A model generated the notes under the pieces. That model was not told the origin of the DNA, ran no database searches, and saw only the letters and a program-made list of their open reading frames with translations. From Sphingopyxis sp. (GTDB lineage Bacteria > Pseudomonadota > Alphaproteobacteria > Sphingomonadales > Sphingomonadaceae), in contig NZ_DATMST010000063.1 in assembly GCF_035565275.1 (NCBI RefSeq), positions 2,537 through 66,536 on the forward strand: DNA of 64,000 nucleotides, written 5' to 3'. Positions 48,228 to 59,016 of this stretch are shown piece after piece (the first letter of the stretch is position 1; each line of letters begins with the position of its first letter). Made by a program: the position numbers and the translations under genes.

Positions 48228-50851
48228 GGAGGGGACTCGTCCTTTGCTCGGTGGCGCTTCCGGCCTTATGCGCCGGCACGGCGGCCGCGCAGGTTTCCAT
48301 TCCGCTGCCCCAGAGTCAGAAGACAACGCCGCCGGTACAGAATCAGGGCGAACCGACGACCATTCCGCTCCCGGGAACGCCGATACCGCCGGTGCCAACT
48401 CCGACGCCGGTCATGCCGCAGTTGCCGATCGGCGCGCATGGCCGTCCGGACATCAACCCGTACAACCGCGACATCGACATGACGGTGCCGCTGACATTCC
48501 TGAACCGCAGCTTGGGCGATATTCCGATGCGGCTGACGGCGGACGACCGTTTCCTGCTCGAATCGGAAACCTTTCTCCGCCTGATGCGGCCCGTGCTGAA
48601 CGATCCGGCGCACGCCACCCTGGCGGGGCATCTGCAGAATCTGACGCAATTCGGTCCCGATGACCTCGCGAAAACCGGCGTCGCGCTGAACTATGATCCC
48701 AGCACGCTGGCGGTGGTCGTCGTCGAAGTGACACCGGAACAGCGGGCGATACAGAACCTGTTCGCGCCGCCTCGCGACGATATCAACAGCGTCACGCTGC
48801 AACCCGCCGATTTTTCCGCCTATCTCAATCTGAACGTCATCCAGACCAAGATTTGGGAAGCCGACGGGACCGATCCGCCCACAGTCAATTTCGACGGTGC
48901 GATCCGGCTCGGCCGCATCGTTTTCGAAGCCGATGCCCAGTTCGCGCAGACCTTTGGCCTGACCGAGGACAAGTATAAATTCTCGCGCAACTATGCGCGG
49001 CTCGTCTATGACGAACCCGAGGATTATCGCCGCTGGTTTCTCGGCGATCTCGACCCTGAAATCCGCGGCCAGCAATCCTTCGTCCAGATGGGCGGCGTCG
49101 GCGTGCTGCGACAGCAGCGGCGTTTCAACACCTTCCGGTCGGCCGTTCTGCAATCCAACCGCCAGCTTGTTCTTCAGCGGGAATCAACGGTTCGCTTCCT
49201 GCGCAACGGATCGCTCTATCGCGAGGTGCGGCTGCAGCCCGGCAGCTATGATTTCAGTTCGCTGCCGCTGATTGCCGGCAGCAACGACATCGACATCCAA
49301 GTCACCGACAATACCGGGGCCATCCAGAATCTGTCGTATCAGCAATATCTCGACCCGATCGATCTCGATCCGGGCGATTATGAATATGGCGCCTTTCTGG
49401 GCCCGACGAGCAGCAGGTTCGGTCGCGCACCCGACTATCGCGGGCCGGTCGCCTTCACCGGCTTTTTTCGCAAGGCCTTTTTCGATGCCCCCGCGGTCGG
49501 GGTCGGTCTTCAGGTCAGCAAAGACGTCCAGACGCTTACCGGCCAGACCCAGTTCGTGCTCGGAAACGGCGGGCGACTGCTCCTCGATGCGGGGGGCAGC
49601 AATTCAAAATCGGCCGGGCAGGGTTATGCCGGCGGCATCAGCTACGAGCATTTCATCGACCGTGCAGGACTGTCCGACAGCTTCACGCTGCGGGGTGATT
49701 ATCTGTCGCCGAAGTTCGCGACGCTGGGCAATATCGACGGGATCAATACCACGTCGATGACGCTGTCGGCGCAATATACCCGGCAATTCAGCCTTCGCTT
49801 CATGACCACATCGACCGCGTCCTATCTCAGGGGACGCGGGTCACTTGGCGACAGCTACCGCGTGGGGACTACCGGCTATTATCGCATCGACCGGAAATGG
49901 ACGCTCCGCGCCGGGGTCGATTATTCAAAATATCCGTCGACCTTTTCGCGCCGGGAAGGCGTCAGTTTCAATATCGGGCTCGTCTTCCAGCCCGACTATC
50001 GCCGACGGGCTGAAGCCCGCTACGAAAGCCGCGACAATCTCGCCGAGCTTTCCTACAATCAAAGCGGTCTCAACCAGCTCAACAGCGTCGGCTTCGGCGG
50101 TGTGGTTGCGCATCAGGATGACAATGTCCGCGCGCAGGGCTATGCGACCTATTCGGCGAACCGCTTCGACGCGGCGATCAGCCACGCAACCTATGGCCCC
50201 AGCTTCTCCGACTTCGGTGCGGTCAACGCCACTTCGGTCCGCGTCGGTACCACCATCGCTTTCGCCGACGGCACGGTCGGCGTCGGGCGGCGGATCAACG
50301 ACAGCTTCATGCTGCTATCTGGGCACAAGAATCTGGGCAAGCGCAGCGTGGTCGCCGGCCAGTCGCTGGCCGAGAATAATTATATCGGCAAAAGCGGCCC
50401 GCTCGGGGCAGCGGTCAACAATTTCCTTGGTTCCTATTCCACCCAGTCGGTGCAATATGATGTCGAGAATCCGCCGACGGGATACGATGTCGGACCGGGC
50501 GTGTTCCGGGTCCATCCGCCGTACAAGAGCGGTTATGCGGCGCGCATCGGCACCGACGCGTTTGCCAGCGTCATGGGTACGCTGATTCTCGCTCCCGACA
50601 TGCCTGTGTCGCTGATCGGCGGCCGTGTGACCCTGCTCGATGTCCAGGAAACCGAAACGCCCAAGCCGATTCCGTTCTTCACCAATTCGGCCGGACGCTT
50701 TGCGATCGCCAACCTGTTGCCGGGTCGCCGCTATGTGGTGGAAACCTATGGTCCCAATGGTACGATCGACCGGAGCTTTGAATTCACGGTGCCGGCGGAC
50801 ACCAATGGTCTGGTGAACCTTGGCCCCGTTCGCCCCGGTTCGAAAAATTAG
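48224..50851 (+). CDS. Fimbrial usher (outer membrane)
   Basis: 875 aa, signal peptide, RRWFLGDL, plug motif LQPGSYDFSSLPLIAGSNDIDIQVTD, beta-strand-rich barrel, FFTNSAGRF. Confidence 0.88.
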   Translation: MRRGLVLCSVALPALCAGTAAAQVSIPLPQSQKTTPPVQNQGEPTTIPLPGTPIPPVPTPTPVMPQLPIGAHGRPDINPYNRDIDMTVPLTFLNRSLGDIPMRLTADDRFLLESETFLRLMRPVLNDPAHATLAGHLQNLTQFGPDDLAKTGVALNYDPSTLAVVVVEVTPEQRAIQNLFAPPRDDINSVTLQPADFSAYLNLNVIQTKIWEADGTDPPTVNFDGAIRLGRIVFEADAQFAQTFGLTEDKYKFSRNYARLVYDEPEDYRRWFLGDLDPEIRGQQSFVQMGGVGVLRQQRRFNTFRSAVLQSNRQLVLQRESTVRFLRNGSLYREVRLQPGSYDFSSLPLIAGSNDIDIQVTDNTGAIQNLSYQQYLDPIDLDPGDYEYGAFLGPTSSRFGRAPDYRGPVAFTGFFRKAFFDAPAVGVGLQVSKDVQTLTGQTQFVLGNGGRLLLDAGGSNSKSAGQGYAGGISYEHFIDRAGLSDSFTLRGDYLSPKFATLGNIDGINTTSMTLSAQYTRQFSLRFMTTSTASYLRGRGSLGDSYRVGTTGYYRIDRKWTLRAGVDYSKYPSTFSRREGVSFNIGLVFQPDYRRRAEARYESRDNLAELSYNQSGLNQLNSVGFGGVVAHQDDNVRAQGYATYSANRFDAAISHATYGPSFSDFGAVNATSVRVGTTIAFADGTVGVGRRINDSFMLLSGHKNLGKRSVVAGQSLAENNYIGKSGPLGAAVNNFLGSYSTQSVQYDVENPPTGYDVGPGVFRVHPPYKSGYAARIGTDAFASVMGTLILAPDMPVSLIGGRVTLLDVQETETPKPIPFFTNSAGRFAIANLLPGRRYVVETYGPNGTIDRSFEFTVPADTNGLVNLGPVRPGSKN

Positions 50852-50861
50852 GAGGCATTAT

Positions 50862-51779
50862 ATGCTGCGCCCAACCCTGTTTCTCGCTGCGGCCTTCCTC
50901 GCGATGCCGCTCCACGCCCAAGCGCCGGCGCCGGGCGCTGCCATTCCCGGCGCCGAATGTCTCATCCGGACCAGCGCCACGCCGGCAAGCTGGCTGATCC
51001 AGGGCTATGATCCGTTCGACGGCTCGATTCCCGAGGGAACCTTCGGCGTCACCTTCGTCAACGAGGGCACGGCCGAATGCCGTTTTACCCCGACCTTCGA
51101 GCTCGTCCAGCCGCCCTTCGGCCTGTCGAAAGGCACGGGAAAGCCGATCGGTTACGCCCTGCTCAACCTGACCGATACGCAGGATGTGACGCCGCGCGCC
51201 GGACGGACGCAGCGCAATCCGTCGCAGCGCATGCTGGCGCTCAGCCCCAATGCATCGCGCACATTGCTCTACAAGCTGGTCGCCGACCCCGACGATGTCC
51301 GCAATTCGGGCACCTTTACCCAGGATGTGACACTCGAGGCGCAGGACAGCAGCTTCCGCTCGCTCGGCGGTACGCGCATCGTTCTCGGCATCGATGTTCT
51401 GCCATCGGCGAGGATCGGGCTCGCCGGCGCCTACACGATGAGCGATGGGCAGGCGGTCGTCGATCTCGGCGACTTGCGGCCCGGCGTCGCGCCGGTGCCG
51501 CTGCAGCTTCGCGTTGCCAGCACTGGCTCATATGACCTGAACGTCACGTCGGCCAATTCGGGCCGGTTGCGGCTGGGCGCGAGCGACTGGTACGTGCCTT
51601 ACAGCCTGGCGATCGGCGGCAATTCGATCAACTTGACGGGCGCGCGAACGATATCGGGGAAGTCGAACGACGGGCTCCGCCGCGAAGCGCTGCCGATCCA
51701 GTTTCTCATTGGCGACACCTCCGATCGCCGTGCGGGGGTGTACAGCGACGTCGTCTCGATCTCGGTAACCGCACGCTGA
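50862..51779 (+). CDS. Two-domain fimbrial tip/adhesin-like subunit
   Basis: GGAGG RBS, signal peptide, two pilin-like halves ending GTFTQDVTLE and AGVYSDVVSISVTAR. Confidence 0.72.
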   Translation: MLRPTLFLAAAFLAMPLHAQAPAPGAAIPGAECLIRTSATPASWLIQGYDPFDGSIPEGTFGVTFVNEGTAECRFTPTFELVQPPFGLSKGTGKPIGYALLNLTDTQDVTPRAGRTQRNPSQRMLALSPNASRTLLYKLVADPDDVRNSGTFTQDVTLEAQDSSFRSLGGTRIVLGIDVLPSARIGLAGAYTMSDGQAVVDLGDLRPGVAPVPLQLRVASTGSYDLNVTSANSGRLRLGASDWYVPYSLAIGGNSINLTGARTISGKSNDGLRREALPIQFLIGDTSDRRAGVYSDVVSISVTAR

Positions 51780-51833
51780 CCCAACGCGGCCTCGCTGCTG
51801 CCGCAATCAACGGGCGGGAGCGAGGATGCTCCC

Positions 51834-51848
51834 TTAACTGAATGTTAG
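51834..51848 (+). promoter_or_regulatory. CtrA-like site upstream of the last subunit gene
   Basis: TTAA-CTGAATG-TTAG, one mismatch to TTAA-N7-TTAA. Confidence 0.4.
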
Positions 51849-51905
51849 ATTTGCGAGTCTAGACAGTCATCCAAGAGCTTCGGCCTAAAGGCGGAAAGGT
51901 TGCGG

Positions 51906-52319
51906 ATGATCAGGAAATTCTCGCTCGGCATCGCGAGCTTTGTGCTCGTTGCGGCGCCGACGACCGCGATGGCGGCGTCGTTCGGCCTTAACCTCCGCCT
52001 GACGGTTTCGGTGCACTGCACCGTCCAGCATCAGGCGACCGGATTCGGTGCGATCAGCGGCGATGCGGTGTCGCTCGGCACCTTCCGCGAATATTGCAAT
52101 GCGCCGACCGGCTACGACCTCGTCATCAACTATGCGCCGGGTTCGCTGGAAGGCGCACGGATCATCGCGGGGAATGACGAGATCATTCTCAATGGATCGG
52201 GCCAGGCTGTTCTCAGCCGTGCGACGGGACCGCGGATGAGGGAACGCCCGATCGCGGCGGTCCCCGGCGAACGTGGTTTCGATACCGATCGCTTTGAACT
52301 GCGCATCGTTCCGTCCTGA
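51906..52319 (+). CDS. Small secreted pilin-like or accessory protein
   Basis: Signal peptide, LNLRLTVSVHC donor-strand-like pattern, two Cys. Confidence 0.6.
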   Translation: MIRKFSLGIASFVLVAAPTTAMAASFGLNLRLTVSVHCTVQHQATGFGAISGDAVSLGTFREYCNAPTGYDLVINYAPGSLEGARIIAGNDEIILNGSGQAVLSRATGPRMRERPIAAVPGERGFDTDRFELRIVPS

Positions 52320-52454
52320 CGCCGGCATCGGGCGGCGATCGGCCACGATCGGAACATCGTCCGTTTTTCGATAGACTGGCGCCGCTCTGACAGGGCGGTT
52401 TCGACGGCCACGCCCTGCGTGAACCGGCGCGCCCCGGTCACGTGCCGTTCCGGC

Positions 52455-53123
52455 CTATATCTCGATGATCAACTTGATGTTGCCGGGGGCGACGCCAGCC
52501 GCCTTCGCGATTTGTTCTTTCGCGCGGGCGATCAGATCGTTCAGACTTTCAGTTTCCTCGAAGCCCAGAAGCTCGGAAACTTCTACGCCGAGCGCGTTCG
52601 ACAACGCTTCCACCCGGCCGGCCCGGGGGCGGGCCTTGTCGAGTTCCCAGGCCGAGATCGACGGTTCGCTGACACCGAGCTGCGCTGCGAGCTGGCCTTG
52701 CGTCAGATCTTTCGCGGTCCGTAATCGCTGCAGGCGGATGCCGAAACTTTCGGCGGACGGTGCCGCCGGATCGGAGGATGTCTGGGCGTCGGATTCGATC
52801 ACCACGCTGCGCAGTTGCGCGGCGCTGAGCGTCGCTGACGAAACCGGCATTGCGAATTCGCACCCCGCGAGGGGGCCGCTCACCCAGATCACTTTGGCAG
52901 CGGTTTTCCCGCTATGCGGCAGATTGACCTCGATCACCTCGCCGATTTCGAGAGCCGCGCCGCTTTCGACCAGCATTCCCGTTGCGGAAATATTATGGAC
53001 CAGCGCCTCGACTTCGGCACCGGTGGCCTTCGATCCCTGCAGCGGAAGCCGCAACTGCCGGCGCGCGGCGCGGCCCTTGGCGGCCGAGCGGGGGTCTTCG
53101 TTCAGATATACGGTCATTGCCAT
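52455..53123 (-). CDS. PilZ-XRE HTH fusion regulator B
   Basis: RAARR (RxxxR) and NISATG; XRE HTH LTQGQLAAQLGVSEPSISAWELDK; paralog of regulator A. Confidence 0.85.
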   Translation of the reverse strand: MAMTVYLNEDPRSAAKGRAARRQLRLPLQGSKATGAEVEALVHNISATGMLVESGAALEIGEVIEVNLPHSGKTAAKVIWVSGPLAGCEFAMPVSSATLSAAQLRSVVIESDAQTSSDPAAPSAESFGIRLQRLRTAKDLTQGQLAAQLGVSEPSISAWELDKARPRAGRVEALSNALGVEVSELLGFEETESLNDLIARAKEQIAKAAGVAPGNIKLIIEI

Positions 53124-53216
53124 CGGTGCTCAATCGCGAGCCCAGCCTTAATATTTCCCTTCGGTTCAAGGTTAATGAACAGGGTGACATAGAGTCCCGC
53201 TCTTGGGGAGTGCGCC

Positions 53217-53241
53217 GGAACCCGCCGCGCGCTGACCCGTT
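53217..53241 (+). promoter_or_regulatory. Sigma-EcfG promoter of the hemerythrin gene
   Basis: GGAAC-N16-CGTT, perfect consensus. Confidence 0.8.
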
Positions 53242-53273
53242 TTGTCTTCGATCCCCAATGGACGGAGACCGAC

Positions 53274-54936
<1,663 letters not shown>

Positions 54937-54943
54937 CGCTTTT

Positions 54944-56497
54944 TCAGGGAATGACGCTGATCGCGATGCTGTAGCAGCCCGCTTCGGCATCATGATCGAG
55001 CGGGGAGCGGAGCTGGCGCGACAGGCCGGTCAGCACCCGGCCATAACGTTCGTTCAGCAATAAAGTCATTTCCGGCCCGGCGCGCAGCGCGGGCGACGCC
55101 ATCTGCAACAGGGCGCGGTCGTTCCGATCGGCCTCCAGATGCACCGAAATCCGCATCGTCGCGCGCGGATCGGACAGCATCGCCAGTTCGACCAGTTCGG
55201 TCACCAGGAAGGCGACCGGAACGGCGACATCCTGGCTGATGTGCAGATCATCGTCGCTGTCGATCTGGATGCCGAAGCGGCGCGCCTCATGCGGGGCGGT
55301 GCCGCGCAGGCTGGCGGACAATTCGCTGATCAGCGGACGCACGCCGACGCCGCGATTCTCTTCCAGCTCGGCAAAATGGTTGCGATGGACGACCGACAGG
55401 GCATCGACCCGGCGCTGGATCGATCCATAGGCCGACACCGCTTCGGGCTCATGCGCCGATCGTGCGTGCAGGCTGATCAGGCTGGCGATGATCTGCAGGT
55501 TGTTCTTGACCCGATGATGCACCTCGCGCGTCAGCTTGCGCTGGGTGTCGAGCGCGGCGGCCATTTCCGCCTCATGGGTGGCGACATCCTCGCTGATCTC
55601 GCGGAATGTGTCGCCCAGGTCGCTGATCTCGTGCGCGGGGGTGCGGATGCGCCGCAACGGCTCCAGCACTTCGCCGGGCTGATAGGCGGCGACCTGGCGC
55701 CGCAGCAGCACCAGCGGGCGGATCAGCAGCCGATTGACCACGAACCAGCCGATCGCGGCGGCCGCGAACCACATCACCAGCGGCAGGAACAGCGACAGCA
55801 GCCGGGCGATCGTCGCGGGCGGCTCGCGCACCGTCATGGTCAGCAATATGTCGGGCGGGTCGAGCCGGGCGGACAGGCTGCTGCTATGGCCGTCGATCCG
55901 GCTGCCGGGGCGGCTGACGATCATCTGCCGCTCGCCCTGGCGCAGGCTCAGTTGCCTATTCTGCAGTGCGGTTGCCGGATCGGCGACGCTTTCGAGATGC
56001 GGCCGCGAATAATAGGCCAGCGCCGCGACGCGATTGTCATGGCTGTGGGTGCGGGACAGCAGGAAGTCGCCGGACGACAGCAGTTCGACGCGTGGACCGA
56101 TGAAGCGGCGTGTGGGCGGAATGCCGGCCGGCTCCGGCGTGGCCGATCCGCAAAGTTTCTTGCCGGATCGGTCATAGATATAGAATCGGATGCCGCTGCG
56201 GTCCTGCGCGGTAAGGAAGAAGGAGAGGCGGTTGCAGATTTCGCCGTCCGCCTTGCCATCGGCCAGCGCGTTGACGGTCAGGCCCAGCGCGGTGCGATCG
56301 GCGTTGAGATCGGCGGTCAGCTTGCGCGCGCTCTGCGTCACGGCGACGCGCAGCAGCGCTTCCTTCTCCAGGTCGGCGGTGCGGATCGCCTGCAGCGACG
56401 CCACCAGCGCGATCAGCCCCAGCGGCAGCAGCGCGAGCGTCAGGATGAGGAACATCTTGACGCCGGTGGACCGGAGATAGACGCCGAACATGGTCAT
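54944..56497 (-). CDS. phyP: HisKA_2-type sensor with a degenerate ATPase domain (PhyP-like)
   Basis: Two TMs, HAMP-like linker, EVHHRVKNNLQ H-box; no recognisable N, G1 or G2 boxes; directly downstream of nepR. Confidence 0.7.
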   Translation of the reverse strand: MTMFGVYLRSTGVKMFLILTLALLPLGLIALVASLQAIRTADLEKEALLRVAVTQSARKLTADLNADRTALGLTVNALADGKADGEICNRLSFFLTAQDRSGIRFYIYDRSGKKLCGSATPEPAGIPPTRRFIGPRVELLSSGDFLLSRTHSHDNRVAALAYYSRPHLESVADPATALQNRQLSLRQGERQMIVSRPGSRIDGHSSSLSARLDPPDILLTMTVREPPATIARLLSLFLPLVMWFAAAAIGWFVVNRLLIRPLVLLRRQVAAYQPGEVLEPLRRIRTPAHEISDLGDTFREISEDVATHEAEMAAALDTQRKLTREVHHRVKNNLQIIASLISLHARSAHEPEAVSAYGSIQRRVDALSVVHRNHFAELEENRGVGVRPLISELSASLRGTAPHEARRFGIQIDSDDDLHISQDVAVPVAFLVTELVELAMLSDPRATMRISVHLEADRNDRALLQMASPALRAGPEMTLLLNERYGRVLTGLSRQLRSPLDHDAEAGCYSIAISVIP

Positions 56498-56556
56498 GGG
56501 GGATCGAGAGGGTCCTTGTATGGGCGGCAGGGAAATGCCGCCCCGACCAGCGTTGA

Positions 56557-56751
56557 TCAGTCCAGTTTGCTGAGCAGGTCCAGCATTTCGGCGGGAATAT
56601 CTTCGTCGACCGTGCGCTGATAGACGGACTTGAGCACCTGGGACACCTGTGCCTCGTCCTTTTTCGCGGCCGTGCGGCGCTTGCGTGGTTCGGGCGCAGT
56701 CTTCATGTCGCGGTCGCGGATGGTCGTGCCGACGTCAATATCCCCTCCCAT
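56557..56751 (-). CDS. nepR: Anti-sigma factor NepR
   Basis: VSQVLKSVYQRTVDEDIPAEMLDLLSKLD; divergent from phyR; start uncertain. Confidence 0.9.
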   Translation of the reverse strand: MGGDIDVGTTIRDRDMKTAPEPRKRRTAAKKDEAQVSQVLKSVYQRTVDEDIPAEMLDLLSKLD

Positions 56752-56915
56752 CCTGTCCCGTTCCGTTGTTGAAGAAACCAAAATCAGCCCCTTTGAAGCT
56801 AAATCCGTGACGCCAGCCTGTCCGCTATTTCGCCGCAACGCATAGCGGCGTCAATTCACCGAGCTGGGCAAATTTCACCAAAAAGCCGTTACCGTCGAAA
56901 AAACCGAACGAGAGT

Positions 56916-56942
56916 GAAACAAATCTTGGTGTCGATGGTTCC
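56916..56942. promoter_or_regulatory. Overlapping divergent EcfG-type promoters (nepR on minus, phyR on plus)
   Basis: Minus GGAAC-N16-TGTT (56942-56918); plus GAAAC-N16-GGTT (56916-56940). Confidence 0.6.
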
Positions 56943-57083
56943 GGCATTCGAAGCATTTTTTGCACCGTCGGTCATTCGGCGGCAGGGGGAGAGGGGCTTG
57001 CCAGCGCGGCATCGTCATCCCATCCTCCGGCGGAGCCGATGTTTCGGACAACAGGCCCGACAGGGCAGGGAGAAGACTTACCG

Positions 57084-57878
57084 ATGTCGCTTGGACAGCA
57101 ACTGCACCCCCATCTTCCTTTCTTGCGGCGCTATGCGCGCGCGCTGACGGGCAGCCAGACTCATGGCGATGCCTATGTGCGCGCCACGCTGGAAGCGATC
57201 GTTGCCGCGCCGGAGGAGTTTCCCAGCGGTGTCGATCCTCGCCTCGGCCTCTACAAGACCTTCCATGCGATCTGGTCGTCCTCGCATCTGGATGACGAGC
57301 CCGGCTTCTCGGGCTCGATCGGGCAGGAGGCGATCGCTCATGCCCGATTGGCACGGCTGACCCCGCTGCCGCGCCAGGCGTTGCTGCTGACCGCGCTCGA
57401 AGGCTTCACGACGGAAGATGCCGGCTATCTGATCGGCCTCGACACCGCCGATGTCGAAGCCCTGGTCGAGGAAGCGCTGGAGGAGATCGAGGCGCAGACC
57501 CGTGCCAAGGTTCTCATCATCGAGGATGAGCCGATCATCGCGATGGATATCGAGACGATCGTGCGCGATCTTGGCCACGACGTGACTGCCATTGCCGTCA
57601 CCCGCGAGGATGCGGTGCGCGAGGCGCTGGCGGAACGGCCCGGCCTGGTGCTGGCCGATATCCAGTTGGCCGATGATTCGAGCGGCATCGACGCGGTGAA
57701 GGACATTCTCGCCGAATTCTCGGTGCCGGTGATCTTCATCACTGCCTTCCCCGAACGGCTGCTGACCGGCGAACGGCCCGAGCCGACCTTCCTCATCACC
57801 AAGCCGTTCCAGCGCTCGACGGTCAAGGCCGCGATCTCGCAGGCGCTTTTCTTCGACGAAGCGACCGCCCCGGCCTGA
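57084..57878 (+). CDS. phyR: Anti-anti-sigma response regulator PhyR
   Basis: Sigma-like N-terminus LPFLRRYARALTGSQ plus receiver IIEDEPIIAMDI, LADIQLAD, FLITKPF. Confidence 0.96.
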   Translation: MSLGQQLHPHLPFLRRYARALTGSQTHGDAYVRATLEAIVAAPEEFPSGVDPRLGLYKTFHAIWSSSHLDDEPGFSGSIGQEAIAHARLARLTPLPRQALLLTALEGFTTEDAGYLIGLDTADVEALVEEALEEIEAQTRAKVLIIEDEPIIAMDIETIVRDLGHDVTAIAVTREDAVREALAERPGLVLADIQLADDSSGIDAVKDILAEFSVPVIFITAFPERLLTGERPEPTFLITKPFQRSTVKAAISQALFFDEATAPA

Positions 57879-57916
57879 CCTGTCTTCCCGCCGGCCGATC
57901 CTTTGTGACGGTCGGC

Positions 57917-57941
57917 GGAACCCTCCCGGCTTTAACGCGTT
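57917..57941 (+). promoter_or_regulatory. Sigma-EcfG promoter
   Basis: GGAAC-N16-CGTT, perfect consensus, 29 bp before ATG 57971. Confidence 0.8.
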
Positions 57942-57970
57942 AAATATGCGTAACGATTCGGAGAGGGCCG

Positions 57971-58102
57971 ATGGCCGACGAGGAGCAGCATATCTCGACG
58001 CAGGACGCACGGGGCGGCGCCACGCCGCACGTCGTTCGCTATGTGCTGGGCATTTCGCTCGCGCTGGCCGTGATCGTGATGCTGCTGGTTCTCTGGCGGT
58101 AA
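57971..58102 (+). CDS. 43-aa single-TM small protein (below the ORF-track cutoff)
   Basis: GAGAGG RBS; MADEEQHISTQDARGGATPHVVRYVLGISLALAVIVMLLVLWR*. Confidence 0.72.
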   Translation: MADEEQHISTQDARGGATPHVVRYVLGISLALAVIVMLLVLWR

Positions 58103-58184
58103 GGCAGTGGAAAAAATGGGCGTTTCTAGGGGTATCTTGGGAATTGGCCTTTGGCGGTAATCGAACTAGGGTGCGGATGCATAT

Positions 58185-58934
58185 ATGGCTTTGACGACTT
58201 CGGTTCATGCAGCGAGGGCGACAGTCGAAACGGGGGTTGCTGCCGTGGATGAAGGGCTGAACCAGGCGCCGCGCGAGGCACTGTCTGATGGCGAGTTCAA
58301 GCGGGAACTGGCCGCGGTCATTCCGCATCTGCGCGCCTTCGGGCGATCCCTGTCGGGTAATCGCGACACCGCCGACGATCTTGTCCAGGAAACCCTGCTC
58401 AAGGCCTGGGCCGCCCGTGCCCGCTTCCAGGCCGGCACCAACATGCGTGCCTGGACCTTCATCATCCTGCGCAATCATTATCTCTCGCAGATGCGCCGTT
58501 CGCGCTTCCGTGGCGACTGGGACGACCTCACCGCCGACCGGCTGCTCGCTGCGCCCGCGGGCCAGGACAAGCATGTCGAACTCAGCGACATGCAGCGCGC
58601 CCTGCTGCAATTGCCCCAGCCCCAGCGTGAGGCATTGATCCTCGTCGGCGCGGGTGGCTTTGCCTATGAGGAAGCGGCGGAAATCTGCGGCGTCGCGGTC
58701 GGCACGATCAAGAGCCGCGTGGCCCGCGGTCGCGCCGCGCTCGAACAGATTTTGGAGGAGGGCGCGCTGCCCTCGCGCCGGACGCAGGAAACGACCGACA
58801 CAGCGGTGCTGGACGAGATCATGGACGATGTCGATCGCCTGAGCCGTGGCCGCATTTCCGACAATCTGGTCGACCATGGCGCCGCCGAAGACGACGGCGA
58901 TGACGACATCGGGGGCAAGACCGCCGAGGATTGA
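58185..58934 (+). CDS. ecfG: ECF15 sigma factor EcfG
   Basis: IPHLRAFGRSL, ADDLVQETLLKAW, GTNMRAWTFIILRN, YEEAAEICGVAVGTIKSRVARGR; phyR context; start uncertain. Confidence 0.9.
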   Translation: MALTTSVHAARATVETGVAAVDEGLNQAPREALSDGEFKRELAAVIPHLRAFGRSLSGNRDTADDLVQETLLKAWAARARFQAGTNMRAWTFIILRNHYLSQMRRSRFRGDWDDLTADRLLAAPAGQDKHVELSDMQRALLQLPQPQREALILVGAGGFAYEEAAEICGVAVGTIKSRVARGRAALEQILEEGALPSRRTQETTDTAVLDEIMDDVDRLSRGRISDNLVDHGAAEDDGDDDIGGKTAED

Positions 58935-59016
58935 GGGCGGGATGCCATTGACCCGGCGTGATCGGGAACGATCCGCCCGGCTTGTCGGGCGAAAGGCCAT
59001 GGGAAGGATGGAAGCC

